A DNA stretch of 64,000 nt from Gemmatales bacterium. GTDB lineage: Bacteria > Planctomycetota > Planctomycetia > Gemmatales > HRBIN36. Of this stretch, positions 53,495 to 62,860 are shown in pieces. The position numbers were made by a program, and so were the translations under genes. Positions within the stretch are counted from its first letter, which is position 1. Each line of letters opens with the position of its first letter. Location: NCBI GenBank assembly GCA_025055835.1, contig JANWWR010000026.1, positions 14,220 through 78,219 on the forward strand, given 5' to 3'. The notes beneath the pieces are model-generated. The model made no database searches. It had not been told where the DNA came from and saw nothing but the letters and a program-made list of their open reading frames with translations.

Positions 53495-55072
53495 CTACCT
53501 CCGCAACCGCAGATACAGTTGCTCGTATTCAATCGCTCGCCGCCGCCATGACCAGTCTTGCAGCATGCCCGTGCGCTGAATCTGCCTCCAGGTCGGCTCG
53601 TCGTGATACGTGTGGATCGCCCGCCGCACTGTCTGGACCAGGGAGGAGGCCGTGTAGTCTTTGAACACGAAGCCCGTCGCCGTCCCCGCGGCCAGTGTCT
53701 GCGGCGTGACGTCGGTCACGGTGTCGTTCAACCCGCCGGTCTTGCGGACGATTGGCACCGTCCCGTATTTGAGGCTGTACAACTGGTTAAGCCCCGCCGG
53801 CTCGAAGCGGCTGGGCATCAGGAACATATCCGCTCCGCCTTCGATCTGATGGGCCAAAGCCTCGTCGAACTTGAGCACGGCGGCGACGCGGTTCGGCCAG
53901 CGATGCACCAATCGCTTCAACATCTCATGATAGACCGCTTCCCCTGTTCCCAGAACGACCAGTTGCACGTCCTCTTCCAGCATCTGCGGAGCCGCCATCG
54001 CCAGCAAGTCGAGGCCTTTTTGCTCCACCAGCCGGGTGACCATGCCGATGAGCGGCACCTGGGTCCTCACCGGCAGGCCGAGCCGTACCTGCAAAGCCGT
54101 TTTGCACTTCGCCTTCCCCGCCGCGACCGTTTCGACGGAGTAGCGGGCCGGCAGAAACGGATCGGTTTCCGGGTTCCAGGAATCGTAATCCACGCCGTTG
54201 ATGATGCCGACCAGCTTCTCGCGGTGATGCCGCAATACGTCATCGAGTCCACAGCCGTGTTCCGGCGTCTGGATTTCCCGGGCGTAGGTCGGACTGACGG
54301 TGCTGACCAGATCGGCGAAGACGATGCCGCCCTTGAGCAGATTGAGCTTGCCGTAGAACTCCAGTTGCCGCCAGTTGAACAGTTTCCAATCCAGCCCCGT
54401 GAGCATCATGTCCCAATGCCAGAAGACCCCTTGATAGGCGAGATTGTGGATGGTGAATACGCAGCGGATTGCCTGAAAACGGGGGTCGCGCTGGCTGTAC
54501 AACTCCCGCAGATAGACCGGAATCAGCCCGGTCTGCCAGTCATTGCAATGGAGGACGTCGGGCCACAGGTCGAGGACTGGAATCGCTTCGAGAACGGCTC
54601 GGCTGAAAAACAGGAACCGCGAGAAGTTGTCCTCGTAGTCCCGCATCTTGCCGCCGGGAAGCCGATACTGATACAGGCCCTTCCCTTCCGCCGGGTCATC
54701 CCGGGAGAAGAACCGCTCCTGCTCGATGAGATACACGGTCACTTCCGAGCGGGGAAGTCGGCTTCGCCACAGCCGCCCGAGATGCGTTTCGTTTCCGATA
54801 GGAACACTGACGTGATGCTTCGTTGGCTCAAGGGGCACGCCAGCCTGGCGAGCGCAGTTGTAGAGGGGAACGAAGACGACGCACTGATGCCCCCGTTCGG
54901 CCAGGGCGCGGGGCAACGCTCCAACGACGTCGCCCAGGCCGCCGGTCTTGGCGAACGGCGTCGCCTCGGAGCTGGCAAAGACAATCCGCAGCGGTGCGGC
55001 CGCGCGTTCCCCCGCGGCGATGGTGGCTTCGGCAGGCGAACCCAAGGCGGCTTTCCAAGTGTCATTGTCCAT
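53495..55072 (-). CDS. glgA: Glycogen synthase
   Basis: LRIVFASSEATPFAKTGGLGDVVGALPRALAERGH (KTGGLGDV motif), GT5 layout, C-terminal FLMPSRFEPAGLNQLYSLKYGT. Confidence 0.92.
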   Translation of the reverse strand: MDNDTWKAALGSPAEATIAAGERAAAPLRIVFASSEATPFAKTGGLGDVVGALPRALAERGHQCVVFVPLYNCARQAGVPLEPTKHHVSVPIGNETHLGRLWRSRLPRSEVTVYLIEQERFFSRDDPAEGKGLYQYRLPGGKMRDYEDNFSRFLFFSRAVLEAIPVLDLWPDVLHCNDWQTGLIPVYLRELYSQRDPRFQAIRCVFTIHNLAYQGVFWHWDMMLTGLDWKLFNWRQLEFYGKLNLLKGGIVFADLVSTVSPTYAREIQTPEHGCGLDDVLRHHREKLVGIINGVDYDSWNPETDPFLPARYSVETVAAGKAKCKTALQVRLGLPVRTQVPLIGMVTRLVEQKGLDLLAMAAPQMLEEDVQLVVLGTGEAVYHEMLKRLVHRWPNRVAAVLKFDEALAHQIEGGADMFLMPSRFEPAGLNQLYSLKYGTVPIVRKTGGLNDTVTDVTPQTLAAGTATGFVFKDYTASSLVQTVRRAIHTYHDEPTWRQIQRTGMLQDWSWRRRAIEYEQLYLRLRR

Positions 55073-55162
55073 TGTGTCAGGCCATTGTCAAACTCTAGCC
55101 GAGCCAAAGGAATTCCGCAACGCCAAGCGAGGCTCTCTTGACCTCTTGCCAGTCTCGGACAG

Positions 55163-56461
55163 TCAGGGTTTCGGCCTCTCGATCCGCAACAGGGTGAAAG
55201 GAGCCAGGCTCAGGATGTTGACATGGCCGCTGGTGTCTTCGCAGATGCCCAGCAACACATACTTGGTGGTCACCGTGCCGTCCGCCAGCCGAGCGATGCC
55301 GTGGTGCCAGGGCAGTTCCTTGCCGGAAGCGTCCTTGAATTCCGTGTAGTCCGGGTTGCGAATGGCGATGGGACCGAGATCGCGGGGAGCTGGGTCGCCG
55401 GGCCGATAATGCACGAGATGGCCCAAATCAATGCCGTACTTCCGCTCCGTGACCGCAGCCCAGACGTCGCCGCTCGGCCCGACGCACAATGCCCGGCAAT
55501 CGGTGCTTTTCGCCCCGGGAATGAGCGGACCCAGACTCCTGCCCGGCAGCACCTCGCCGTCGCCAGTCAGATCGTAGGCGTAGAGTTGGTTGGTGCTCAT
55601 CGGCACGCAGTAAAGCGTCTTGCCGTCCGAAGACACGTCCCAATTGAGCGGATGGCTGTTTGGATCGGCCAGGCGGGATTCTGAGGAAGGCGGCTGGCCG
55701 TCAATGGTCTGCCGCAGCCGTTCCAGCCGTTTCTTGTCGGGGTCATAACGGGCAATCTCGCCGCCGAGGATCGGATGGTAGGCCCGCCCTCGGTGGTCCA
55801 GCACGATGAAGGCATACATGTGCCGGGTGTCGAGCAGGTCCGTGTATTGACCCGTCGCCAGATCGAGGACGAGAAAATGGCTGCTTTCGATGGGCCGTTC
55901 GTCGCTGCACGTCGAGACGTAGCCCAGGTTCCGGCTCTCGTCCGCCACGAAACTGATGATTCCCTGATGCGGGATGGGAATCGGATAGACCTTCGTCCTG
56001 CCCGTGCTCGGGTCGTACACCATCGGGTAGCCGCCCGGATAATCGGTCCGCTTCTCGTCCTTTTCCGGGTAACCCTGTTTCGTGCCGAAGTAAATCTTGC
56101 CACTGGGACCGACGAAATTGCGGGTGTGAATCTTGGACTGGGCGGCGAAGCCCGTGGCCGTGGTGCCGATTTCCTTGTGAGCATCCACCACGACTTTCAT
56201 CTGCTTCGTCGTCGGGTCGAACTCGACGAGGTAGGCGTTGACGCCATACTTGGCCGTACCGATGTAGAGCCGACCGTTCTTGCCGCAAACGATGCTGAAG
56301 TATCCGCTGCCTTGATTCGTCGTTTCCTTCGGAATGGCGTAGGCCGTCGCCTGGAGCCAGTGCTTCGGAAGCGGCTCGTCGCCTGCCATTGCGCTGGACA
56401 GGGCAAGGACCAGGAGGCATCCAACAAATCCGGCGATCAGTCGGCTTGCCAAAGGAACCAT
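55163..56461 (-). CDS. Hypothetical secreted beta-propeller-like protein
   Basis: GGAGGA lies before ATG 56461. Signal peptide MVPLASRLIAGFVGCLLVLALSSAMA. Repeated G..Y.G / dG.l~~~ beta-strand patterns. No specific family recognised. Confidence 0.6.
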   Translation of the reverse strand: MVPLASRLIAGFVGCLLVLALSSAMAGDEPLPKHWLQATAYAIPKETTNQGSGYFSIVCGKNGRLYIGTAKYGVNAYLVEFDPTTKQMKVVVDAHKEIGTTATGFAAQSKIHTRNFVGPSGKIYFGTKQGYPEKDEKRTDYPGGYPMVYDPSTGRTKVYPIPIPHQGIISFVADESRNLGYVSTCSDERPIESSHFLVLDLATGQYTDLLDTRHMYAFIVLDHRGRAYHPILGGEIARYDPDKKRLERLRQTIDGQPPSSESRLADPNSHPLNWDVSSDGKTLYCVPMSTNQLYAYDLTGDGEVLPGRSLGPLIPGAKSTDCRALCVGPSGDVWAAVTERKYGIDLGHLVHYRPGDPAPRDLGPIAIRNPDYTEFKDASGKELPWHHGIARLADGTVTTKYVLLGICEDTSGHVNILSLAPFTLLRIERPKP

Positions 56462-56570
56462 GCGTCCTCCGCATTTCACGGGCCTGTGGTGCGACAACCG
56501 CTTGCTCCCTTTCCATCCTAGCGGTTAATCTGAGTTTCGCTCGAAACTCTCCTACAGGGGGGCAATCGCG

Positions 56571-59500
56571 ATGTCAATGCGGTGTTGGCTGCTTTGCGGT
56601 TTGCTCGGGCTGCTGGCCCAAACGACATCGGCTCCCGGAGCGGAGCCGACCCCGGAGGCCCGCGGTTTCGACGTGGACCCGTATTACGTCCACCGCGGCT
56701 ATCCGAAGTTGACCACGCCGATGTGGGTCGGCGAAGAGGGCGTCGAGGCGGTGGTCATCCTCGGCATCGACGACATGCGCGGCCATCAGCCCTGGGAGGC
56801 GTATCTGCGGCCCATTCTCGAACGTCTCAAGCGGATCGACGGTCGAGCACCGGTCAGCATCATGACCTGCGCCGTCGAGCCGAATGAGCCGCATTTGCAG
56901 AAGTGGCTTCAGGAAGGCGTCAGCATCGAGTGTCACACCTATGACCATCCCTGCCCCATCCTCCGCGACGGAGACCTTGCCAAGGCCAAGCGAACCTACG
57001 ACCGCTGCGTGGACCTGATGTTCTCCATCCCGCACAACGCGCCAGTTGCGTTCCGCACTCCCTGCTGCGATTCCCTCAACACCAACTCGCCCCGGATGTA
57101 CGCCGAAATCTTCAACAATACCACCGGGAACGGCCGTTTCCTCCACATCGACACCAGCGTTTTCCACCTTTTCACCGCCAACGATCCCGATCTGCCGCGG
57201 GAACTCGTGCTGGATGCCGATGGCTCCGAGCGCTTCCGCAAGTACCTGCCCCGCGACCGGTCCTTCGTCAACCTCATCGAGGACTACCCGTACCCTTACG
57301 TCATCGGCCGGGTCTGCTGGGAGTTCCCGTGCATGGTGCCGAGCGACTGGCAGGCCCAGCACCTCCACAAGCCGAACAATCCCATCACCATCCGCGACTG
57401 GCAGGCTGCCTTGGATTGCACCGTCATCAAGCAGGGCGTCTTCTGTCTGGTCTTCCATCCGCACGGCTGGATCAAGAACGAGCAGATCGTTGACTTGATT
57501 GACTATGCGGTGTCCAAGCACGGTCGGAAGGTAAAGTTTCTCACGTTCCGCGAGGCCCTGGATCGCCTGAACCGCAACTTTCTCAAGGGGGCTTCGCTCC
57601 GAAATCCCGATGGCAGCGACGCGGGCATCCGCCTGGTGGACCGCGATGGCGACGGCCGACTGGAACCGATCCGCGTGCCGGTGCCGGAACCGTTCCCGTC
57701 GCCGCCCGTTGCTTTGCCGAAAGGCGTCGCTCTTCGGGATGAGCAAGGCCGGGACACCGGAGCGCGGCTCATTGATCTCGACCATGACGGCCACCTGGAT
57801 GTCGTGCTTTCCAACGAACAACGCTACGGCGTCTGGCTCTTTGACCCGGACAAGAAAACGTGGAAAGAAATCGTGTACTCGGCCCGAAAGCCGGACGACC
57901 CGGGCATTCCGCCCATCGCCCTGAACGGCACCAATAACGGCTTCTTTGTCCGGGACCGGACGCTGTGGTGGCAGAATGAACGGACGACGCTCCTCCGCGA
58001 CCACATGGATCGCCGCACCTTCGATGAACTGCTCCGCGACGTGCAGCCTGGACCGAAGTCGCCGCAGCAATCGCTTCGCTGCCTCCAGCCGAAGCCCGGT
58101 TTCGTCGCTGAACTGGTCGCCGCCGAGCCGCTCGTCCGCGATCCCATCGCTTTTGCCTGGGGGCCGGACGGTCGGCTGTGGGTCGTCGAGATGACCGACT
58201 ATCCGCTCGGCGGGCAGCGGGGCAGCGTCAAGGTGCTGGAGGATGCCGACGGCGATGGCAGGTATGACAAGGCAGTGACATTCCTGACCGACCTGGATTT
58301 TCCCACGAGCGTGCTGCCGTGGCGGAACGGCGTGCTTGTGACCTGTGCTCCAGACATCTTCTATGCCGAGGACACGGACGGCGACGGCCAGGCGGACAAG
58401 CGCGAGGTGTTGTTCACCGGCTTCGTTCAGGGGAACCAGCAACATCGAGTCAACGGACTGATGTGGGGCATGGATGGGTGGGTGTACGGGGCCAACGGCG
58501 ACAGCGGCGGAGTGATCAAAAACCCGAAGCGTCAGCGAGGGCCAACCGTCAACATCTCCGGCCGGGACTTTCGCTTCAAACCCGACACCGGCGAGTTCGA
58601 GGCCGTCACCGGCATGACCCAGTTCGGCCGCTGCACCGACGACTGGGGCAACTGGTTCGGCGGAAACAACGCCAATCCGCTGTGGCACTTCGTCCTCGAC
58701 GACGGCCGCCTGCGACGCAATCCGCACATCGCTCCGCCGACACCACGGATTGACGTACCCACGTCACCGGGACAATCCCCGGTTTATCCGATCAGTCGAC
58801 TGCTGCCCCGCTTCAACGATTTCCACACGGCCAACCGCTTCACCTCGGCGTGCAGTCCGATCATCTATCGGGACGACCTGTTCGGACCGCACTATGCCGG
58901 CAACGTGTTCATCAGCGAACCGGTGCATAATCTCGTCAGCCGGCTGGTGCTTTCGCCGCGCGGCGTCACCTTCCTGGGCCGACGTGCTCCGGACGAGGAG
59001 CGGTCCGAATTTCTGGCCTCCACGGATAACTGGTTTCGACCGACCATGATTCGTATCGGCCCCGACGGCGCGCTGTGGATCGCCGACATGTACCGCCACG
59101 TCATCGAACATCCCGAATGGATTCCGAAGGAATGGCAGGAACGGCTCGATCTCCGCGCCGGGAGCGACATGGGCCGCATCTACCGCGTCTATCCGCTGCA
59201 CAAGAAGCCCCGACCGATTCCCCGGCTGGACCGACTCGACACGGTTCAGCTCGTCGCTGCTCTGGACACCCCAAGCGGCTGGCAACGAGACATGGTGCAG
59301 ATGCTTCTGGCATGGCGGAATGACCCGGCCGCCGTCGAGCCGCTCCGACATCTGGCCCGGAATTGTCCTCGTGCCGAAACCCGGGCTGCTTCCCTTTGGT
59401 CGCTGGAAATGCTCGATGCTCTGGATCGTGACACCCTGCTGTCACGGCTCGAAGATCCGCATCCTGGCGTCCGCCGTCAGGCCGTCAGGCTCAGCCGTCC

Positions 59501-61310
59501 CCGGCCTGAACTCGATGAGGCGTTTTTGCATCGCCTCCTGGCCCGGCAGGACGATCCTGATGCCCTCGTCCGCATGGAATTGGCCTACGTTCTCGGCGAT
59601 TGGGACGATCCTCGGGTCGGGGCGGTGCTGGGAACACTGCTGGTTCGCGCCGGGGACGATGCCCATTTCCGCGCTGCCGTGCTGAGTTCGGTCAAGGCCA
59701 GCAACATCGAAGGCGTCCTCATCGAAACTCTGCGACATCGGCCCGAGGAACTTGAAAGCCTGCTGCGTCTGGCTTCAGCATTGGGGAACCGCAACGCCGC
59801 TGCCCGGATGCTCGATGCCGTCGCTCAGGCTCAGAACGGCCGATTTGCCCCGTGGCAGTTTGCCGCTTTGGCCGGCTTCCTGGACCAGATGGAGCAGAAG
59901 CGCTCCGGCCTGATGAACCTTGCCAAGGAAGACGAGACCATTTACCAGACCGCTTTGCCGCGCCTCAAGCCGCTGTTCGACGCCGCTCGGCAGATTGCCG
60001 CCGATGCCCAGCGGGAAGAAGTGGAGCGGCTGGCTGCGGTGCGGCTGCTGGGCCGAGGTCCCGATCGGCAGGCGGAGGACCGCGAATTGCTGGCCTTGCT
60101 GTTGACGCCGCAGACGCCTCCCGCATTGCAGTCAGCCGCCGCCGCCACGCTCGGTCGGCTCATCGCCGACGACACGCCGCGCCTGCTGCTGCGTGGCTGG
60201 AAGGCGTACAGTCCCTCGCTTCGTGCGCAGGTTCTCGATCTCCTGCTGAGTCGGCCCGAATGGCTCGATCCCTTGCTCTCCGCCGTGGAACAGAAGCAGA
60301 TCGTGCCCTTCGACATCGACGCGGCCCGTCGTCAACGGCTTCTCGATCATCCCCAGGAAGCCATCCGCAACCGGGCGTTGCGAGTCTTCGAGGGCAGCAT
60401 CTCCAGCGACCGCCGCAAGGTAATCGAAGACTATCGGCCTGTGTTAAAAGCATCCGGGGACCCTACTCGGGGGCAGGCGGTGTTCACCAGGCACTGTTCG
60501 GCGTGTCACAAGGTTGGCAACGTCGGTCATGACGTTGGACCCAATCTTGGTGCGCTCAACGACAAGTCGCCGGAGTACCTTCTGACGGCGATTCTTGACC
60601 CGAATCGGGCCGTCGAGGCGCGATACATCAATTACGTCGCCTTGACCCGTGACGGCCGAACCCTGACCGGACTTCTGGCCAACGAAACGGCCACGAGCAT
60701 CACCCTGATCGGCAGCGAAGGCAAACCGCAGACCCTGCTGCGAACGGATCTGGAAGATTTGCAGAGTACGGGCAAATCGGTCATGCCCGAAGGACTGGAG
60801 AAGGACATCCCGCCTGGCGACATGGCCGATCTGCTCGCTTTCCTCAGCGCGTCCTTCCCACCGCGCCAGCCGAAGACGTTCGCTGGCAACAAGCCCGAGC
60901 CGGTTCGGCCAGGCGGCGACGGTTCCATTCGCCTCACCGCCCGGAACTGCTTCATCTACGGCCGGTCGCTGGTGTTTGAAGAGCAGTTCGGCAATCTCGG
61001 CTACTGGACCAGCGAGGACGACCTGGCGGAATGGGTTCTCCAGGGAGTGAAGCCGGGCCGCTATGAAGTGACCTTGGAGTACGCCTGCCATGACGGCAGC
61101 GCTGGGGATCGGCTCTTGCTTCAGATTGCCGATCAGCGGATCGAATTCAAGGTGCAGGGCACCGGCGAATGGGAGAACTATCGCAAAGCGACGATCGGCA
61201 CACTGAACCTCGAAGCAGGGGAACATCGTCTTTTTGCCAGGTCCGCCGGGCCGATCCGCAGCGCCCTCATCGACCTGCGGGAGATTCGCCTCGTACCTAA
61301 GCCGCGTTGA
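56571..61310 (+). CDS. Giant (1579 aa) secreted multidomain protein: NodB-like polysaccharide deacetylase, FG-GAP/VCBS-like segment, 'membrane-bound dehydrogenase-like' propeller, HEAT repeats, PVC-type CxxCH cytochrome c domain, C-terminal CBM-like beta-sandwich
   Basis: Signal peptide. ILGIDDMRG...HTYDHP (NodB motifs). VDRDGDGRLE / IDLDHDGHLDVV. AEPLVRDPIAFAWGPDGRLWVVEM...DADGDGRYD...DTDGDGQADK...NGLMWGMDGWVYGANG. HEAT-like PHPGVRRQAVRL. CSACH at 60495-60509, followed by ...GKSVMPEGL. Confidence 0.85.
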   Translation: MSMRCWLLCGLLGLLAQTTSAPGAEPTPEARGFDVDPYYVHRGYPKLTTPMWVGEEGVEAVVILGIDDMRGHQPWEAYLRPILERLKRIDGRAPVSIMTCAVEPNEPHLQKWLQEGVSIECHTYDHPCPILRDGDLAKAKRTYDRCVDLMFSIPHNAPVAFRTPCCDSLNTNSPRMYAEIFNNTTGNGRFLHIDTSVFHLFTANDPDLPRELVLDADGSERFRKYLPRDRSFVNLIEDYPYPYVIGRVCWEFPCMVPSDWQAQHLHKPNNPITIRDWQAALDCTVIKQGVFCLVFHPHGWIKNEQIVDLIDYAVSKHGRKVKFLTFREALDRLNRNFLKGASLRNPDGSDAGIRLVDRDGDGRLEPIRVPVPEPFPSPPVALPKGVALRDEQGRDTGARLIDLDHDGHLDVVLSNEQRYGVWLFDPDKKTWKEIVYSARKPDDPGIPPIALNGTNNGFFVRDRTLWWQNERTTLLRDHMDRRTFDELLRDVQPGPKSPQQSLRCLQPKPGFVAELVAAEPLVRDPIAFAWGPDGRLWVVEMTDYPLGGQRGSVKVLEDADGDGRYDKAVTFLTDLDFPTSVLPWRNGVLVTCAPDIFYAEDTDGDGQADKREVLFTGFVQGNQQHRVNGLMWGMDGWVYGANGDSGGVIKNPKRQRGPTVNISGRDFRFKPDTGEFEAVTGMTQFGRCTDDWGNWFGGNNANPLWHFVLDDGRLRRNPHIAPPTPRIDVPTSPGQSPVYPISRLLPRFNDFHTANRFTSACSPIIYRDDLFGPHYAGNVFISEPVHNLVSRLVLSPRGVTFLGRRAPDEERSEFLASTDNWFRPTMIRIGPDGALWIADMYRHVIEHPEWIPKEWQERLDLRAGSDMGRIYRVYPLHKKPRPIPRLDRLDTVQLVAALDTPSGWQRDMVQMLLAWRNDPAAVEPLRHLARNCPRAETRAASLWSLEMLDALDRDTLLSRLEDPHPGVRRQAVRLSRPRPELDEAFLHRLLARQDDPDALVRMELAYVLGDWDDPRVGAVLGTLLVRAGDDAHFRAAVLSSVKASNIEGVLIETLRHRPEELESLLRLASALGNRNAAARMLDAVAQAQNGRFAPWQFAALAGFLDQMEQKRSGLMNLAKEDETIYQTALPRLKPLFDAARQIAADAQREEVERLAAVRLLGRGPDRQAEDRELLALLLTPQTPPALQSAAAATLGRLIADDTPRLLLRGWKAYSPSLRAQVLDLLLSRPEWLDPLLSAVEQKQIVPFDIDAARRQRLLDHPQEAIRNRALRVFEGSISSDRRKVIEDYRPVLKASGDPTRGQAVFTRHCSACHKVGNVGHDVGPNLGALNDKSPEYLLTAILDPNRAVEARYINYVALTRDGRTLTGLLANETATSITLIGSEGKPQTLLRTDLEDLQSTGKSVMPEGLEKDIPPGDMADLLAFLSASFPPRQPKTFAGNKPEPVRPGGDGSIRLTARNCFIYGRSLVFEEQFGNLGYWTSEDDLAEWVLQGVKPGRYEVTLEYACHDGSAGDRLLLQIADQRIEFKVQGTGEWENYRKATIGTLNLEAGEHRLFARSAGPIRSALIDLREIRLVPKPR

Positions 61311-61355
61311 CGGTTTGGCCGAGAGACGTCACCATCGGCATCGAGAGGCACGGAG

Positions 61356-61376
61356 GTCCGGTCGGCGAGACCGGAC
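61356..61376 (+). terminator. Hairpin GTCCGGTC-GGCGA-GACCGGAC downstream of the giant gene (no U tract)
   Basis: Perfect 8-bp stem lying 46 nt after the stop at 61310. No T-run follows, so the terminator function is uncertain. Confidence 0.3.
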
Positions 61377-61556
61377 GACAGGGACAGTAATGTCCGGGCC
61401 GATGAAGATTTGGTGCAGTGTCTGAATCGGCAAGCAAAACGCTGCGTAGAATCGAAACGGGAGCCAGCGGAACGTCACGGGTCGGCCGCGCGGCCGGACT
61501 CCGCCGACGCTGTGTCATCCGCCCAGACTCAGCCACGCGCATCACGGGGGTCCTGC

Positions 61557-62837
61557 ATGAGCGATCACACCGACCCTGAACATTTCATCCCGATCCGCAA
61601 ATGCGACCTGCTCGATCACCTGTGCCATGATCTCGGCTCGGAGACTCCCGAGGCGCAGCAACTTCGGCAAGTCGCCCGCATTCTCGAAGCGATCATTCAC
61701 TACGAGTACCACGTCAAACTGGAAGACCTGAAAACCGCCTATGCTCCGTTCGATCCCGATACCGAGACGCATCCGCTCGTGCCCCTGAATCGGCAGGAAA
61801 AGCTCCAGCATCTCGAGGATTTGATTCAGCGGTTCATCTGGCTTCTGGAACGCGCGAACTTCACGCGGCTGAGTCGGCAGGACATCGAAAAGGCCATCAA
61901 GGAAGGGACCCAGTGGGGCCTGCGGATCGACGTGGACTTTTCCATGTTCGACAAGCTGGAAATCTTTGCCCGCGGAGCCACGACGATCAAACGCAAACGG
62001 CAGCGAGGAATCTGGCCGTGGACGCGCGTCGAAGAATACGAAGTGCCCGTCTATCGCCGCCTCGTCATCATTCTGCGGATGAAGCCGCATCCGCACCTGC
62101 CCTCCTACGTGGATACGGACAACGTCTTCATCAAGATTTTCAAGGACATCCCCCGCATGGACCTGGAGATGCTGCTGCCCGGCTCTCGGGTCCGCATGAC
62201 CCGGCTGGACCAGGGCAAGGTGGCCGTGCCGGTGGCGACCGGGCTGACTGTCACCGGCTACAAGGTCTTCAGCCTCGGAGCCGCAGGATTGAAACTGCTG
62301 ACGAGCCTGTCCAGCATCTCCAGTCTCGTTCTGCTGGCGACCCTGGCCGGGGGCACGATCGGCTACGGCTGGCGGACCTTTTCCGGATATCAGAACACCC
62401 GTCGGCGGTATCAACTGGTTTTGACCGAAAACCTCTACTTCCACACGCTGGACAATAACTGTGGCGCGCTGTTCCGTCTGCTCGATGAAGCCGAGGAGCA
62501 GGAGTTCCGCGAGGCGATGCTGGCCTACTATCTCCTTTGGCGGCAAGCCCCGCCGGAAGGATGGGACATGGAAACGCTGGATCGCCGCGTCGAGGAATTC
62601 CTGGCGACAACGGCCGGGATCAAGGTGGACTTCGAGATCGACGACGCCCTGGAGAAGGCCATCCGGTTCGGCATGGTCGAACGTTTAGCCGATGGTCGGA
62701 TGCGAGCGCACAAGCCTTCGGAAGTGCTCCGCAAGCTGGATCACCTGTGGGACAACTATTTCAACTACAATACGCCGGGCATTTGTGGCAACGGCAAGCC
62801 TCCGCCCGAGCCGCCTCCCGACGATTATGTCATTTGA
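61557..62837 (+). CDS. DUF3754 / TMEM143-like membrane protein
   Basis: MSDHTDPEHFIPIRKCDLLDHL... N-terminus, a central pair of hydrophobic helices (VATGLTVTGYKVFSL..., SSLVLLATLAGGTIGYGW), then YQLVLTENLYFHTLDNNCGALFRLLDEAEEQEFREAMLAYYLL. Family assignment is from memory of cyanobacterial and plant homologues. ATG at 61557. Confidence 0.6.
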   Translation: MSDHTDPEHFIPIRKCDLLDHLCHDLGSETPEAQQLRQVARILEAIIHYEYHVKLEDLKTAYAPFDPDTETHPLVPLNRQEKLQHLEDLIQRFIWLLERANFTRLSRQDIEKAIKEGTQWGLRIDVDFSMFDKLEIFARGATTIKRKRQRGIWPWTRVEEYEVPVYRRLVIILRMKPHPHLPSYVDTDNVFIKIFKDIPRMDLEMLLPGSRVRMTRLDQGKVAVPVATGLTVTGYKVFSLGAAGLKLLTSLSSISSLVLLATLAGGTIGYGWRTFSGYQNTRRRYQLVLTENLYFHTLDNNCGALFRLLDEAEEQEFREAMLAYYLLWRQAPPEGWDMETLDRRVEEFLATTAGIKVDFEIDDALEKAIRFGMVERLADGRMRAHKPSEVLRKLDHLWDNYFNYNTPGICGNGKPPPEPPPDDYVI

Positions 62838-62860
62838 CCCGTGACTAGTTCGTGGCCAGT

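Noticed and set aside
56574-58727. 717-aa ORF on the minus strand
   Set aside because: It is a shadow frame opposite the 5' third of the giant gene, where NodB and propeller motifs sit on the plus strand. No motifs, and the composition is Arg/Gly/Val/Asp-biased.
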